DNA from: Octopus sinensis | Lineage: Eukaryota | DNA length: 64,000 nt | Reading direction: 5' to 3' | Assembly: GCF_006345805.1 (NCBI RefSeq) | Contig: NC_043012.1 | Span: forward strand, 1,178,001-1,242,000 | In this document: in pieces, positions 52,461 to 64,000 of the stretch | Layout of the letters: each line of letters opens with the position of its first letter | Numbering within the stretch: position 1 is the first letter of the stretch | Translations under genes and position numbers: made by a program | Notes under the pieces: model-generated | The model's input: only the letters and a program-made list of their open reading frames with translations | Database searches by the model: none | Told to the model about the DNA's origin: nothing

Positions 52461-52780
52461 TACACACACAAACACACACACACACACACATGCTCACAAA
52501 GGTAGATAAATTGAATATTAAGTTGATATATATCTTTAGAAAAAAAATTTTTTTATGAAATAAAATAAAATAAAATAAATAAAATCAAAAAGTAATTAAA
52601 AACAAACAAGCAATAACAACACCAACAACCACTTGCCATATAGGTTACTAAAGTTGAGATAGTACCATAAAACTTATCAAGAGATATCAGAGTGTTTATG
52701 ACAATAGTGAGTATAACAATACTACTACTACTACTACTACTACTACTACCAATGATAATAATAATAATAATAAACAAATA

Positions 52781-52811
<31 letters not shown>

Positions 52812-52878
52812 TAATGATAATGATAATAAAATAATAATAATAAGTAATGTAATGATAATTAATATAATAATGATGATG

Positions 52879-52920
<42 letters not shown>

Positions 52921-53113
52921 GCAATATAATAATAATAATGATAATAAAAATAATAATGATGATGATGATGATGATGATAATAATAATAATAATGGATAAA
53001 ATACACTAAATATTTTTATATAGTGCTACAAACTACATTATTCAGCAGAATATAAAAAGAGGCAAGCATTATTACAAGATAACAATAGTTAAGGGGTTAC
53101 CAATAGTTTTGTT

Positions 53114-53144
<31 letters not shown>

Positions 53145-53399
53145 ATATTGTTGTACTGGTGGTGGGGTTGATGGGAATATTTGTGTGTGGCACATCGTAA
53201 AAAATTCAACAATGCCACTACAATGGCTTTCTAGTTTTTTTTGTATTTTTATTTTTGTTCGGAGACAATAAAATTAGGAAAGGTTTTTAATAAAATTGTT
53301 TTCGGATTTTTGTAGAGGGTAGAATGTTTATTTAATGGTTCAACTGGGACTATGTCAACAAAACTTAGATGCAAATATATACGTACATACATATCTATC

Positions 53400-53432
<33 letters not shown>

Positions 53433-53462
53433 AATAATATATATATATTATATATGTATATG

Positions 53463-53518
<56 letters not shown>

Positions 53519-53603
53519 TATATATATATATATTTATATATATATAATTTTTCCTCACGGGCTATTCTTTACTGGAAAGCAATACTCTCGTATTGCATTA
53601 CTA

Positions 53604-53645
<42 letters not shown>

Positions 53646-53781
53646 TATTATATATTATATATTTATAGAGAGAGAGAGAGAGAAATGTATGTATACATAC
53701 ATATATATACATGTATATATATATGTATGTATATATATATATACACACACACCATATATATTATAATATATATATATATAT

Positions 53782-53832
<51 letters not shown>

Positions 53833-54360
53833 TTATATTATATGTATATATATATATATATATAGGGAGAGATAGATAGAGAGAGATACACACATGTGTG
53901 TGTGTGTGTGTGTGTGAATCATTTATGAACCAATTCTTCAGTTTAGTTTTTATATATATATTTGTATATATATATATGTATATATATATAGGCACACATA
54001 TGTATGTATATATGTATGTGTATATGTATATATATGTATATATAAATATGTGTGTATTTATACATATATATATATATACATTTACACACATAGACTTCAA
54101 AATGTGTATATATATGTGTGCAGATGTATATTATATGCAAGCATACACACATACATCTACGTATATACACACGTGGGCAGGTATGAGCGTTTGTATTTAT
54201 GCTTATTTATATTCTGATGTTCAAAATCACAGTACAAATATATAACTAAATAGATAAAAAAAATAAAAGCAATAAGGAAAGAATAAATAAAATATTGAAT
54301 TATATTGAAATATTATAATGACTAAAAGGAAAATTAAAATAGCCATATATAAATTCATAT

Positions 54361-54754
54361 TCTCTTTTACTCTTTTACTTGTTTCAGTCATTTGACTGCG
54401 GCCATGCTGGAGCACTGCCTTTAGTCGAGCAAATCGACCCCGGGACTTATTCTTTGTAAGCCTAGTACTTATTCTATCGGTCTCTTTTTGCCGAACCGCT
54501 AAGTGACGGGGACGTAAACACACCAGCATCGGTTGTCAAGCAATGCTAGGGGGAGAAACACACACATACACATATATATATACATATATACGACAGGCTT
54601 CTTTCAGTTTCCGTCTACCAAATCCACTCACAAGACATTGGTCGGCCCGGGGCTATAGCAGAAGACACTTGTCCAAGATGCCACGCAGTGGGACTGAACC
54701 CGGAACCATGTGGTTGGTTAGCAAGCTACTTACCACACAGCCACTCCTGTGCCT
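54361..54754 (-). mobile_element. SINE family A
   Basis: Near-consensus reverse-complement copy. Confidence 0.9.
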
Positions 54755-55196
54755 ATAAAGCTTTATATCAATTTAAAATAATATGAAAAGCATTGTTGAA
54801 CTGAGGAGTCCTATTTTATGATCAATAAACAGTTGACAATTTAAATTAAGTAAGGTTCATTATTTTTAAGCAAAAAATATTTAAGAAATGGAACATGTCC
54901 TTCGGTATTAGTCAAGATACATTTGTATTTAATCCTAGTTTCAATTTGAATTCTGAGTGGCTGTGTGGTTAAGAAGTTTCCTTTGCAACTGTGTGGTTTT
55001 GGGTTCAGTCCCACTCGATAAATGGGCAAGTGTTTTTTTTCCATGCCAGTAGCACGTAAAAAGCACTATCCAAATGCTGTCAATGCCAGGGCCTCCTGAC
55101 TGGATCCTGAGTGGGAGGTATGTAAAAAGCACTATCAGAACGTGATTGATGCCAGGGTTATCTGACTGGCTACCATACTGGCAGCACATAAATAGT

Positions 55197-55429
55197 TATT
55201 TTTTTACTACCCACAAAGGGCTAAACACAGAGAGAACAAACAAGGACAGATACACGGATTAAGTCAAGTACATCGACCCCAGTGCGTAACTGGTACTTAA
55301 TTTATTGACCCTGAAAGGATGAAAGGCAAAGTCGAGCTCGGCGGAATCTGAACTCAGAACATAACGGCAGACGAAAGACGGCTATGCATTTCACCCGGCA
55401 TGCTAACGTTTCTGCCAGCTCGCCGCCTT
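55197..55429 (-). mobile_element. SINE family B inserted in an RTE 3'UTR, 11-bp TSD
   Basis: TSD ACATAAATAGT at 55186-55196 and 55430-55440. Family C units on both sides. Confidence 0.85.
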
Positions 55430-55968
55430 ACATAAATAGTAGCACATAGATAGTACCATCAAAACTTGGCCAATGCCAGTACTCCCTGACTGACTGCTGT
55501 GCTGGTGGCATGAAAAGCACTAACTGAATGTGACTGATGCCAGGGCCACTTGACTGGCTCCTGTATTGGTGGCACATAAAAAGAACCCACTACACTCTTG
55601 GAGTGGTTGGCTTTATGAAGGGCATCCAGCGGTAGAAACATTGACAGATCAGAATAGAGCCTGGTACAGCCACCGGCTCCCCAGACCTTAGTCAAACCAT
55701 CCAATCCATGCCAGTATGGAAATCGGACGTTAAACGGTGGTGGTGATGATGATGATGATAGAGAAAACTACACCATGCAAGAAAGAAGACTGTGACAAAG
55801 CAATGGGTGTAGTGCTGGCATGGCCATGTAATGTGAATGAATGAAGACAATTGCATCAAGAGGTGCTGATCTTTAATTGCAGAGGAAACACTTGGAAGGT
55901 GGTAGACACACACATACTGACTTCCATGAAAAACATATCTAGATAAGAAAATGTCATAGGCGCAGGAG

Positions 55969-56370
55969 TGGCTGTGTGGTAAGTAGCTTGCTAACCAACC
56001 ACATGGTTCCGGGTTCAGTCCCACTGCGTGGCATCTTGGACAAGTGTCTTCTGCTATAGTCCCCGGGCCGACCAATGCCTTGTGAGAGGATTTGGTAGAC
56101 AGAAACTGAAAGAAGCCTGTCGTATATATGTATATATATTTGTGTGTGTGTGTGTTTGTATGTCTGTGTTTTTCCCCCTTGCATTGCTTGACAACTGATG
56201 CTGGTTTGTTTACGTCCCCATCACTTAGCGGTTCAGTAAAAGAGACCGATAGAATAAGTACTGGGCTTACAAAGAATAAGTCCCGGGGTCGATTTGCTCG
56301 ACTAAAGGCGGTGCTCCAGCATGGCCGCAGTCAAATGACTGAAACAAGTAAAAGATAGAAAGAGAAAGAG
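55969..56370 (+). mobile_element. SINE family A
   Basis: Full-length family A match. Confidence 0.88.
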
Positions 56371-56371
56371 A

Positions 56372-56660
56372 GTGTCTTAGCGGTTAGGTGTATTTGGCTC
56401 TTGGTCATAAGGTCATGTATGATTCCTGATGTCATTTTGTGTCCTTGAGCAAGACACTTTATTTCATCTTGCTCTAGATGAACATGTATTTCAAAGGGCC
56501 AGCCTTGTCACATTTTGTGTCACACAGAATCTTCTTAAGAACTGCATTAATTTATGCATGTCTGTGGAGTACTCAGCCATTTGCTCGTTAATTTCACGAG
56601 CAGGCTGTTCCACTTGTTGGATCAGCTGGAACCCTTTCCATCATAACTGGCTGAGTGCCA
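56372..56660 (+). mobile_element. tRNA/CORE-like SINE family D (degraded)
   Basis: CCTTGAGCAAGACACTTT core. 3' part TTAATTTCACGAGCAGGCTGTTCC also occurs reversed at ~10385-10460. Confidence 0.55.
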
Positions 56661-56908
56661 CCTGGTTTTGTATACATCACAGCGACCATGACCAACGTCA
56701 TAACATATGTCAACAACATTGCCTAAACATGAAAATACATCATAACACTGAGCAGTTTAAAATAAAATACCTAAGCCGATGTTACTAGACATTTCTTGGA
56801 CTACTTCCTCCTGAAGATGGGTCTTTGTGCTCAAAATATAAAGGTTTTTTTTACATAATAAAACTTTCTGCATCGTTAGAAGCTTTCTTTATTTCCATTT
56901 TCTTTTGC

Positions 56909-56957
<49 letters not shown>

Positions 56958-57584
56958 GTGTGTGTGCGTGTGTGTGTGAGTGTGTAATCACGTCTTGACA
57001 TTGTGTGCTGATTGTGAGTGTCATTCGCATACAAGCGAAGCATCTGTTTCCCGACTTCCATGCAAAACATATCTAGATAAGTAAAATGTCATCTTGCTCG
57101 GAAACAAGTGAGGGTCGGCAACAGGAAGAGCATCTGGCTGTAGGAAAATTATCTGACTCAGCTAATTCCATCCAACCCATGCAAGCATCAAAAAGTGGAT
57201 GTTAAGCAGTGCAATGATGATGAATGAACGGACAAAATTCTTTGAATAAAAAGCAAAAAAATATTTACAAGCAATGCCAAATTCCCACTAACCATTCTTA
57301 ATTCTTGTAGTTTCAGTAACTTTATGCAAAAACCATTTAATAGAACAGGTCATGCAAAAACGTAAACATAAAACAAAATAATAAAGCATAAAAATAATTT
57401 ATAAAAGTCCCAAAGCAATTTTCCAAAAATAAATGAAAGATCATTTAACATTTTCCACCGACAGGTAGCAATTAATTTTATGTATACAATTAATAAGAAT
57501 TCTTCATTAGTGGGTAGTTATTCAAATGTAAGTTGGCCACAAGTCAAAGTCTTGAATGTAAAGAATGGTCTTTTTTATTTATCA

Positions 57585-57620
<36 letters not shown>

Positions 57621-58615
57621 TTATTGTTATTGTTGTTGTTGTTGTTGTTGTTGTTGTTATTACTGTTTTGAACGGATATACTTTTAACTTGTTTAATATA
57701 TTTTGCAGTTCGTGTAGTATTTAATATCATTGTTGCTGTTGTTGTTACTGGTCTTATTGCTTCAGAAATAATAATTATTATTAATTCTAAGTATTCATTA
57801 TCAATTTTTTAATGAAAAAAGCATTTTATAAATCCTCAGCTACAGCAGTGGCATCATCATCATCATCATCATCATCATCAGTTTCTGATTATTTGACATA
57901 TTTTGTTGAAACGTATTTTTAGGAAATTTCCCCTTGAGGGATCAGCCAGAAATAATTTTAAACTGAATTCTAAAATGACTAATTCAATTCCTACATACAT
58001 TTTCTATCTATTTATATATAAATATATATATATATAATCATATTTCACACACACATACACACACACTCACATACACACAGACACACCACACAGTTATATG
58101 TATGTCAATATATATATATATATATGTATGTATATTGATTTCAAATTTTGGCACAAGGTCAGCAATTTGTAGGGAGGGACAAGTTGATTACATGCATGTG
58201 CGCATGTGTGAGAGAGAAGTTTTGGTATCCAGAAGATCCAAAATGCATTATTTACACTACAAGATGCTTTTGAATGAGCACCACATGGAATCAATAAAAT
58301 TAATACCTGCACACTATCCATTTGTAATAACAAAAGATGAACTCCTATCATGGACAAGAAACCTTTTACCCATTCTACACAACACATTCCATGGATAATG
58401 GAACTGCAAGTTTAACATCTAACATATATATTTATTTTTATTCTTATATTCCTTTTATACTCCCTAAATCTTTCCCTTTCCAAAATAACTTCTTATATTG
58501 AACTCTACTATTTCCTTCTATTTAACTCTCATGATGATGATGATGATTGTCCCTGATGATAAGATATCTTTTATATCCCTGAAACAGCTGTAAGACTACC
58601 CTTTTATTTATAAAT

Positions 58616-58716
58616 ACGGAGCAACAGGATCTCCGTAATGCCATGATGGACCGTGAAGTCTGGCGTAGCATGGTAAATTCCATTGTCTCGACCACGGTCG
58701 AACAATGATGATGATG
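58616..58716 (+). mobile_element. 101-bp 5'-truncated RTE-like insertion with 10-bp TSD
   Basis: Near-identical to the 3' end of 45436-45678. TSD ATTTATAAAT at 58606-58615 and 58717-58726. Confidence 0.85.
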
Positions 58717-59028
58717 ATTTATAAATTGTCCTAGAAATTTCACACTGCCTTGGGTTTTTTGCCTCATTTTATTTAACACCACACACACACACACACACAC
58801 ACACGTGCACACACATTGATTTGTTCGATTAAAATCCCTTCAAGGTGATACCCCAGCATGACTGAATCAAGTAAAAGATGAAAAATGTATTGTAACTCTT
58901 AGTAGTCATAGATGTTAAATAGTAATCGATGTGGTTAGTCATAACATGGAACACAACTGAGAGCTACCATGGTAACCACCTGAATAATATATCTCTCTAA
59001 ACTCACATAGATATATATATATATATTA

Positions 59029-59069
<41 letters not shown>

Positions 59070-59802
59070 ATATATATATATATGAAGTAATAAAACTTTT
59101 CCCAAGACTTTTTTATGTTCAAAATGGGGACAAACATCATTCCTCCAAATGAAACCAATGGTAGCTTTAATATACAATTAGAGAAATTTTATCCACCAAT
59201 GCAGTGCTCAACACCACATTGGTGGATAAATGATACTTGGCCAAGATGCAAGGGAGCTAAACACAAATCTGTGTGTTTGCAAGGCTTTGTAGTTAAGTAC
59301 AAAAAATGACCTGGCATCAAAACTCTTGAAGTTCTTCAAGACAAATAATCTAACTATTTGTGACACAGACATCAATAAGACAGACAGACAGACAGACAGA
59401 CAGAAAGAAACAGAAGCAGACAGGTAGTCACTCACCTGTCACTCAAATGGGGGATGAAATTCAAGTTGATTTTATTCTCAGTCGAAAATGAAATGAATAA
59501 ATGGTTTATGTAAACATCATTTGTTTATTGTTGTGTTTCATATTTATGTCTGGTTTCAATTTAATAAGTGTTGCTGTTTAGCAGCAGGACAGGCCTGATC
59601 AAGCAGATGTACAATATCAAAAATGGATGACTTTCTAATTATTCTGCAATCAACTTCTTTAATAATTATAATGACTGTATAACACACACACACACACAGG
59701 CACACACCACACGCACACATTTGTCTGTATACATATATATGGTGTGTGTGTGTGTATATATAATATATATATTATATATATATAAATATATATATATATA
59801 AC

Positions 59803-59852
<50 letters not shown>

Positions 59853-59860
59853 CATATATA

Positions 59861-59891
<31 letters not shown>

Positions 59892-59923
59892 ATATATATA
59901 TAATCATATATACATAATATAAC

Positions 59924-59969
<46 letters not shown>

Positions 59970-60002
59970 CATACAAATATGTATATATATAATATAAATA
60001 TA

Positions 60003-60372
60003 TTGGGTCATCCCATAAATAATGTGGTTTTTATATACTTCTTTTTTTTTTAAAAATCTTTTTTAACCTAAAAATCTAAAATATTCTCTCCTTTATTTTC
60101 TACAATGCTCTTCCATGTGTCTGGTAGACTTGCAAGGCTCCTCTTCCAAAATTCACCTGTCTGTGTTGAAAAATGTTCCTCCAGTACTGACTGTTCTGAC
60201 CTCATCTACAAAATTCATATTTTTTCTGTCTAAATGATTTTGAAGACTTCAGAATGAATGATAATCAGATGACGCAATGTTTGGTGAATATGATGGGTGA
60301 GGGGCATTGTCTCCCATTAAACAGCTCCAGCCCTTCGAATGTCATCCTCTCTGTATGTGGCCGAGAATTATC
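60003..60372 (-). mobile_element. Mariner 3' fragment
   Basis: TA|TTGGGTCATCCCATAA TIR. Frameshifted DNSRPH ... HPSYSPNIASSDYHSF. Confidence 0.75.
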
Positions 60373-60403
60373 CGCTCTTGTTTTTTGTTCAGACATGTAC
60401 TTT

Positions 60404-60663
60404 ATATAAAGATACTTTCCAAATACTCCCAAAACGCAGATTCCAGGGTAGGTGAGTAAAATATAAATGAGTAACAAAGATGTACAGGAGTCAATTCATT
60501 ATGGCTGCTTCAAGCAACTCTTTTTAATTGATCAATGAAAGCATTACATCATTTCAAAGAGAACCATTGTATTTGTAATGATGATAATGCTTTCATTGAT
60601 CAATTAAAAGAGTCGCTTGAAACAGCCATAATGAATTGACACTAATGTATTTTTGTTAGTCAT
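60404..60663 (-). repeat. Fold-back element (~90-bp arms, 60467-60663) plus ~62-nt tail
   Basis: GTCAATTCATTATGGCTG...TTAATTGATCAATGAAAGCATTA is mirrored on the other side of a ~20-nt loop. Confidence 0.75.
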
Positions 60664-60666
60664 ATA

Positions 60667-61905
60667 CAGGTGTTGGACAAAATAATGGAAACATCATAAA
60701 ATTTCAAATAAATATATTTTAATATGGATTAGGACTGCCTTTGGCAGTAATTACAGCTTGAATTCTATGAGGTATGGACTTGTACAAAGTTTGAATTGTT
60801 TCCAAAGGAATTTTTGTCCATTCTTCAGCTAAAACAGTCTCCAGTTCTTGTAGTGATGATGGTGGAGGATATCGACTTCTTACTGGTTTTTCTAAAATGC
60901 ACCATAAATGTTCAATAATATTGAGATCTGGGGACTGCGGTGGCCAGATAAGATGTTCAACTTCACTAGAATGTTCCTCGTGCCATTCAGTAACAACTTT
61001 AGTTGTGTGAATTGGTGTATTATCATCCTGAAAGATTGCGTTTCCACAACCACATGAATTTGATCAGACAAAATGCTTAAATTGTCTTGAGTGTTAATTC
61101 TGCCATCAAGGGAAACCATTGGGCCTGCGGATTTCTGAGATATAGCACCCCACCCCACCAGATCATCCCATGTTTAACAGTTGGAAGAAGGCAGTTTGGG
61201 TCAAATGCTTCTTTTGGCTGTCTCCGTAGGTATACTTGGCCAGTGCTCAGAAATAAGGTAAAGGATGACCCATCTGAGAAAATAACATTCTTCCACTACT
61301 CTAGGGCCTGATTCTGTAGGTTTTTACTCCATTCTACACGCTTTGCAATGTTTGTTTTTGAAAGTAGTGGTATTCTGATTACAGCCCTCCCATGAAATCC
61401 AGCTTTGTGCAGCTCCTGACAAACAGTTTTAGTGGAAACTAGGTTCTTGAGGTGGTCATTAAGCTCTGCAGTAATTTTGGGAGTTGTATTTTTGTGATCC
61501 TTTCTAACATTTCGCATAAGAGACTGACAGCCCTTATCTGAAAGTTTTGGTTTTCTTCCAGAGTTTTGTTTCAACGAGGAGGTTTTTCCCTCTTTCTCAA
61601 AGGCTGTCATTACTTTTGAGATAGTACTTCTTGTTACACCAAACATTTTAGCTGTTTTCATTACGCTAGTGCCTGCCATATGAGCACCAACAATTTGACC
61701 TCTTTGAATGTCCGATAGATCTGTCATCTTAATGAATTTTAATTACCTTTTTTCTGATGATATCTGAAAAGAAACAGCAATTTTAGCAAAACATATTAAG
61801 CAACACTAACAATAAATAAAAAAAATACAAAATAAACAAGCTTTTGACGGTTTTATAGATATTTCAGAACTATGATTCTAGGTGTTTCCATTATTTTGTC
61901 CAACC
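60667..61905 (-). mobile_element. Tc1-like transposon with DD36E motif (Incomer-like), defective
   Basis: TA|CAGGTGTTGGACAAAATAATGGAAAC TIR, matched at 61881-61905. ORF MTDLSDIQRGQIVGA...GRKPKL..., VIFSDG and IFQDDNTPIH-...-WPPQSPDLNIIEHLW, with 36 residues between D and E. Stop and frameshifts present. Confidence 0.9.
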
Positions 61906-62044
61906 ACATGGTTCCAGGTTCAGTCCCACACTGTGGAACCTTGGGTAAGTGTCTTCTACTACAACCTTGGGCCGACCAAAGCCTTGTGAGTGGATTTGGT
62001 AAACGGAAACTGAAAGAGGCCCATCATATATATATATATATATA

Positions 62045-62330
62045 AAAAATAATATGTTACATTACTCAATAGTCAAGATAAAACTCTGAGTTTCAGATGC
62101 CGAATTGGAAATCCACAACACCATCTCTTCGGTTATCTGGCCATCTGAAAAACGCTATGAAAAAATACCGCTATATAAAGGGAAATTATTGTATTATAAT
62201 TCTGCTCATAAACCCACGAGTTTTATCTTGACTATTGAGTAATGTAACATTATTTTATAGATAAATTTCCTCTATTTACATAATATTGAGGTCTCTTTCT
62301 TTCTTTTGTTATCTTACCTTTTTTACCAAT
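62045..62330. mobile_element. Fold-back Penelope-like element with hammerhead and ~72-nt tail
   Basis: Arms 62046-62086 and 62218-62257. Hammerhead on the - strand. Confidence 0.65.
62076..62138 (-). ncRNA. Type I hammerhead ribozyme-like motif
   Basis: AGATAA-CCGAAGA-GATG..22 nt..CATC-T-GAA-ACTC-A-GAGT-T-TTATCT: 6-bp stem I, stem II GAUG/CAUC, stem III ACUC/GAGU, GUU triplet. Confidence 0.6.
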
Positions 62331-62453
62331 ATATATATATATATGTATGTATGTATATGTTTGTGTGTCTGTGTTTGCCCCATCAACATCGATTGACAAC
62401 TGCTGTGGTCAATATAGCCTTTCATCTTTTTGAGGTCAATTAAATAAGTACCA

Positions 62454-62982
62454 ATTAATTTAAATTAATTACATATCATGTTTTCTTCAGTGCAAGAAGT
62501 ATACAACAATAGTCATTATTATTACAGGACACTTGATGAAGGAGACAGCAGATAACAAATTCGGATATACATATTATATCCTTATGAAAAAATTGAGAGC
62601 ATTCTAAAGAATGTTGTCCAGTTTTAGCTTATACATTACTAGGCTCAACATTCTTTAGAATACTCTCAATTTTTTCATAAGGATATAATATGTATATCCG
62701 AATTCGTTATCTGCTGTCTCCTTCATCAAGTGTCCTGTAATAATAATAACTATTGCTGTATACTTCTTGCACTGAAGAAAATGTGATATGTAATTAATTT
62801 AAATTAATCAAATTAATTATAATTATTCTACCATGTTATTTACATGATTAATATCACTGTTCGCAATGATTGTATGCTTGTAATAAAATTCTTTCAAATT
62901 TTAACTTTTTTCCCCCTTTTTTTTTAACATATTTGTTGAGTTTCTATGGGATACTCTTTCCATGAATTCCCATAAAACACCA
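62454..62982 (+). repeat. Fold-back element: 163-bp arms, 29-nt loop, ~170-nt tail into (TA)n
   Basis: 62454-62616 is the near-exact reverse complement of 62646-62808. Confidence 0.85.
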
Positions 62983-63009
62983 TATATATATATATATATA
63001 CTTTATTTA

Positions 63010-63057
63010 AAAAACTGTCCGATGAACGGCAACCTGAAACTCAGAGTAACAGGTTTT
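63010..63057 (+). ncRNA. Type I hammerhead ribozyme-like motif in a 157-bp element (63001-63157) between (TA)n tracts
   Basis: AAAAA-CTGT-CCGATGA-ACGGCAACCT-GAA-ACTC-A-GAGT-A-ACAG-G-TTTT: stem I CUGU/ACAG extended by A4/U4, short stem II, GUA triplet at 63046-63048. Confidence 0.65.
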
Positions 63058-64000
63058 GTTGAATTTTCTGCTGCTTTAAATAAAGCATATTACTCTACCA
63101 CTGGTATTTAAGTACTCTTTTTTCCACCTTGTTTCACATTTATGTGTTTACTCCGGTATATATATATATATACATACATACATACATACATACATACATA
63201 CATACAGATATATATATATATACATACAAACACACACACACACACACACAATGAGCTTCTTTCAGTTTTCGTCTATCAAATCCACTCAGAAGGCTTTTGT
63301 CAGTCCATAGCTATAGTAGCAGACATTTTCCCAATGTTCCATGCACTGAGACTGAACCTGGAGCCTTGTGGTTGGGAAGCAAGCTTCTTACCACACAGCC
63401 AGTAAGAAATTATATCTAAAGATGTTCCTGAAACACAAAGCTACATGTGAGCTAGGGTAATATTTACATCTTGAAACATAGATTAAGCGGGATACATATA
63501 AGTGTTCATCCGGGATAGGATCCTAGTCTTCAGTTGGCAGGTAACTTACTATGGAAGATCTCAGTTTTTTAAAGTGAAAAGAATGGATTTGTCTCGATTT
63601 CATCGACAAGTATTTAGATGTTTGATCACCTGAACTACCTGTTCCTCTAATTAGCATGTAAGTGGTTGCATATACCACATACATGTGGAATCTTAATGTA
63701 ATCTTTTGACAGAATCAACGCAACACACGTAAATAGATACACACTCGAATACATACATTTTCATACAAATATGCATACAATAACACATGCAAATGCACAC
63801 ACATAAACCCACATACACACATACACTTATATACAAATATACACAAATACATCATACCCTCACATACAAGCATACATGCATACAGCTACATAAAAACGTA
63901 GATGTATACACCCACATAAAAGCATACATACGCAAGCACATCCAAACATCCAAACACGTATACAACTACATACTAGCATACACGCATGCACAGATACACA

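Larger units (their letters stand above)
61901..62402 (+). mobile_element. SINE family A (5'-deleted), interrupted in its (TA)n tract
   Basis: Family A body either side of the 62045-62330 insertion. Confidence 0.8.

Noticed and set aside
56811-56845. CTGAAGA...CTCAAAATATA hammerhead remnant
   Set aside because: The GAAA box is broken and stems are weak. It is compatible with a decayed PLE end but not supportable alone.

Overview
AT-rich, repeat-saturated eukaryotic non-coding DNA. The SINE/LINE repertoire suggests a coleoid cephalopod, probably Octopus (recognised from memory, not searched). There is no intact host gene: nearly all ORFs in the track are microsatellite or SINE translations. 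Two or three short + strand exon candidates suggest the window lies inside a large gene. Contents: about 25 copies of a tRNA-derived SINE with an internal (TA)n/(TG)n tract (family A), further tRNA-SINE families (B, D, E), many RTE-LINE 3' ends carrying a hairpin minisatellite, DD34D mariners, a DD37E (TRT-like) and a DD36E (Incomer-like) Tc1 relic, piggyBac- and Tc2-type MITEs, a solo LTR, an R4-like RLE fragment, a Penelope-like (Neptune-type) GIY-YIG fragment and several young tandem duplications. The most notable pattern is a set of short, mostly unrelated, non-coding elements sitting in or beside (TA)n tracts, two of them inside SINE A. Seven share a fold-back arm plus a 60-170 nt unpaired tail, and several carry minimal type I hammerhead ribozyme cores, two with covarying stem I. 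They look like non-autonomous Penelope-derived ribozyme retroelements. Boundaries of degraded repeats are approximate.
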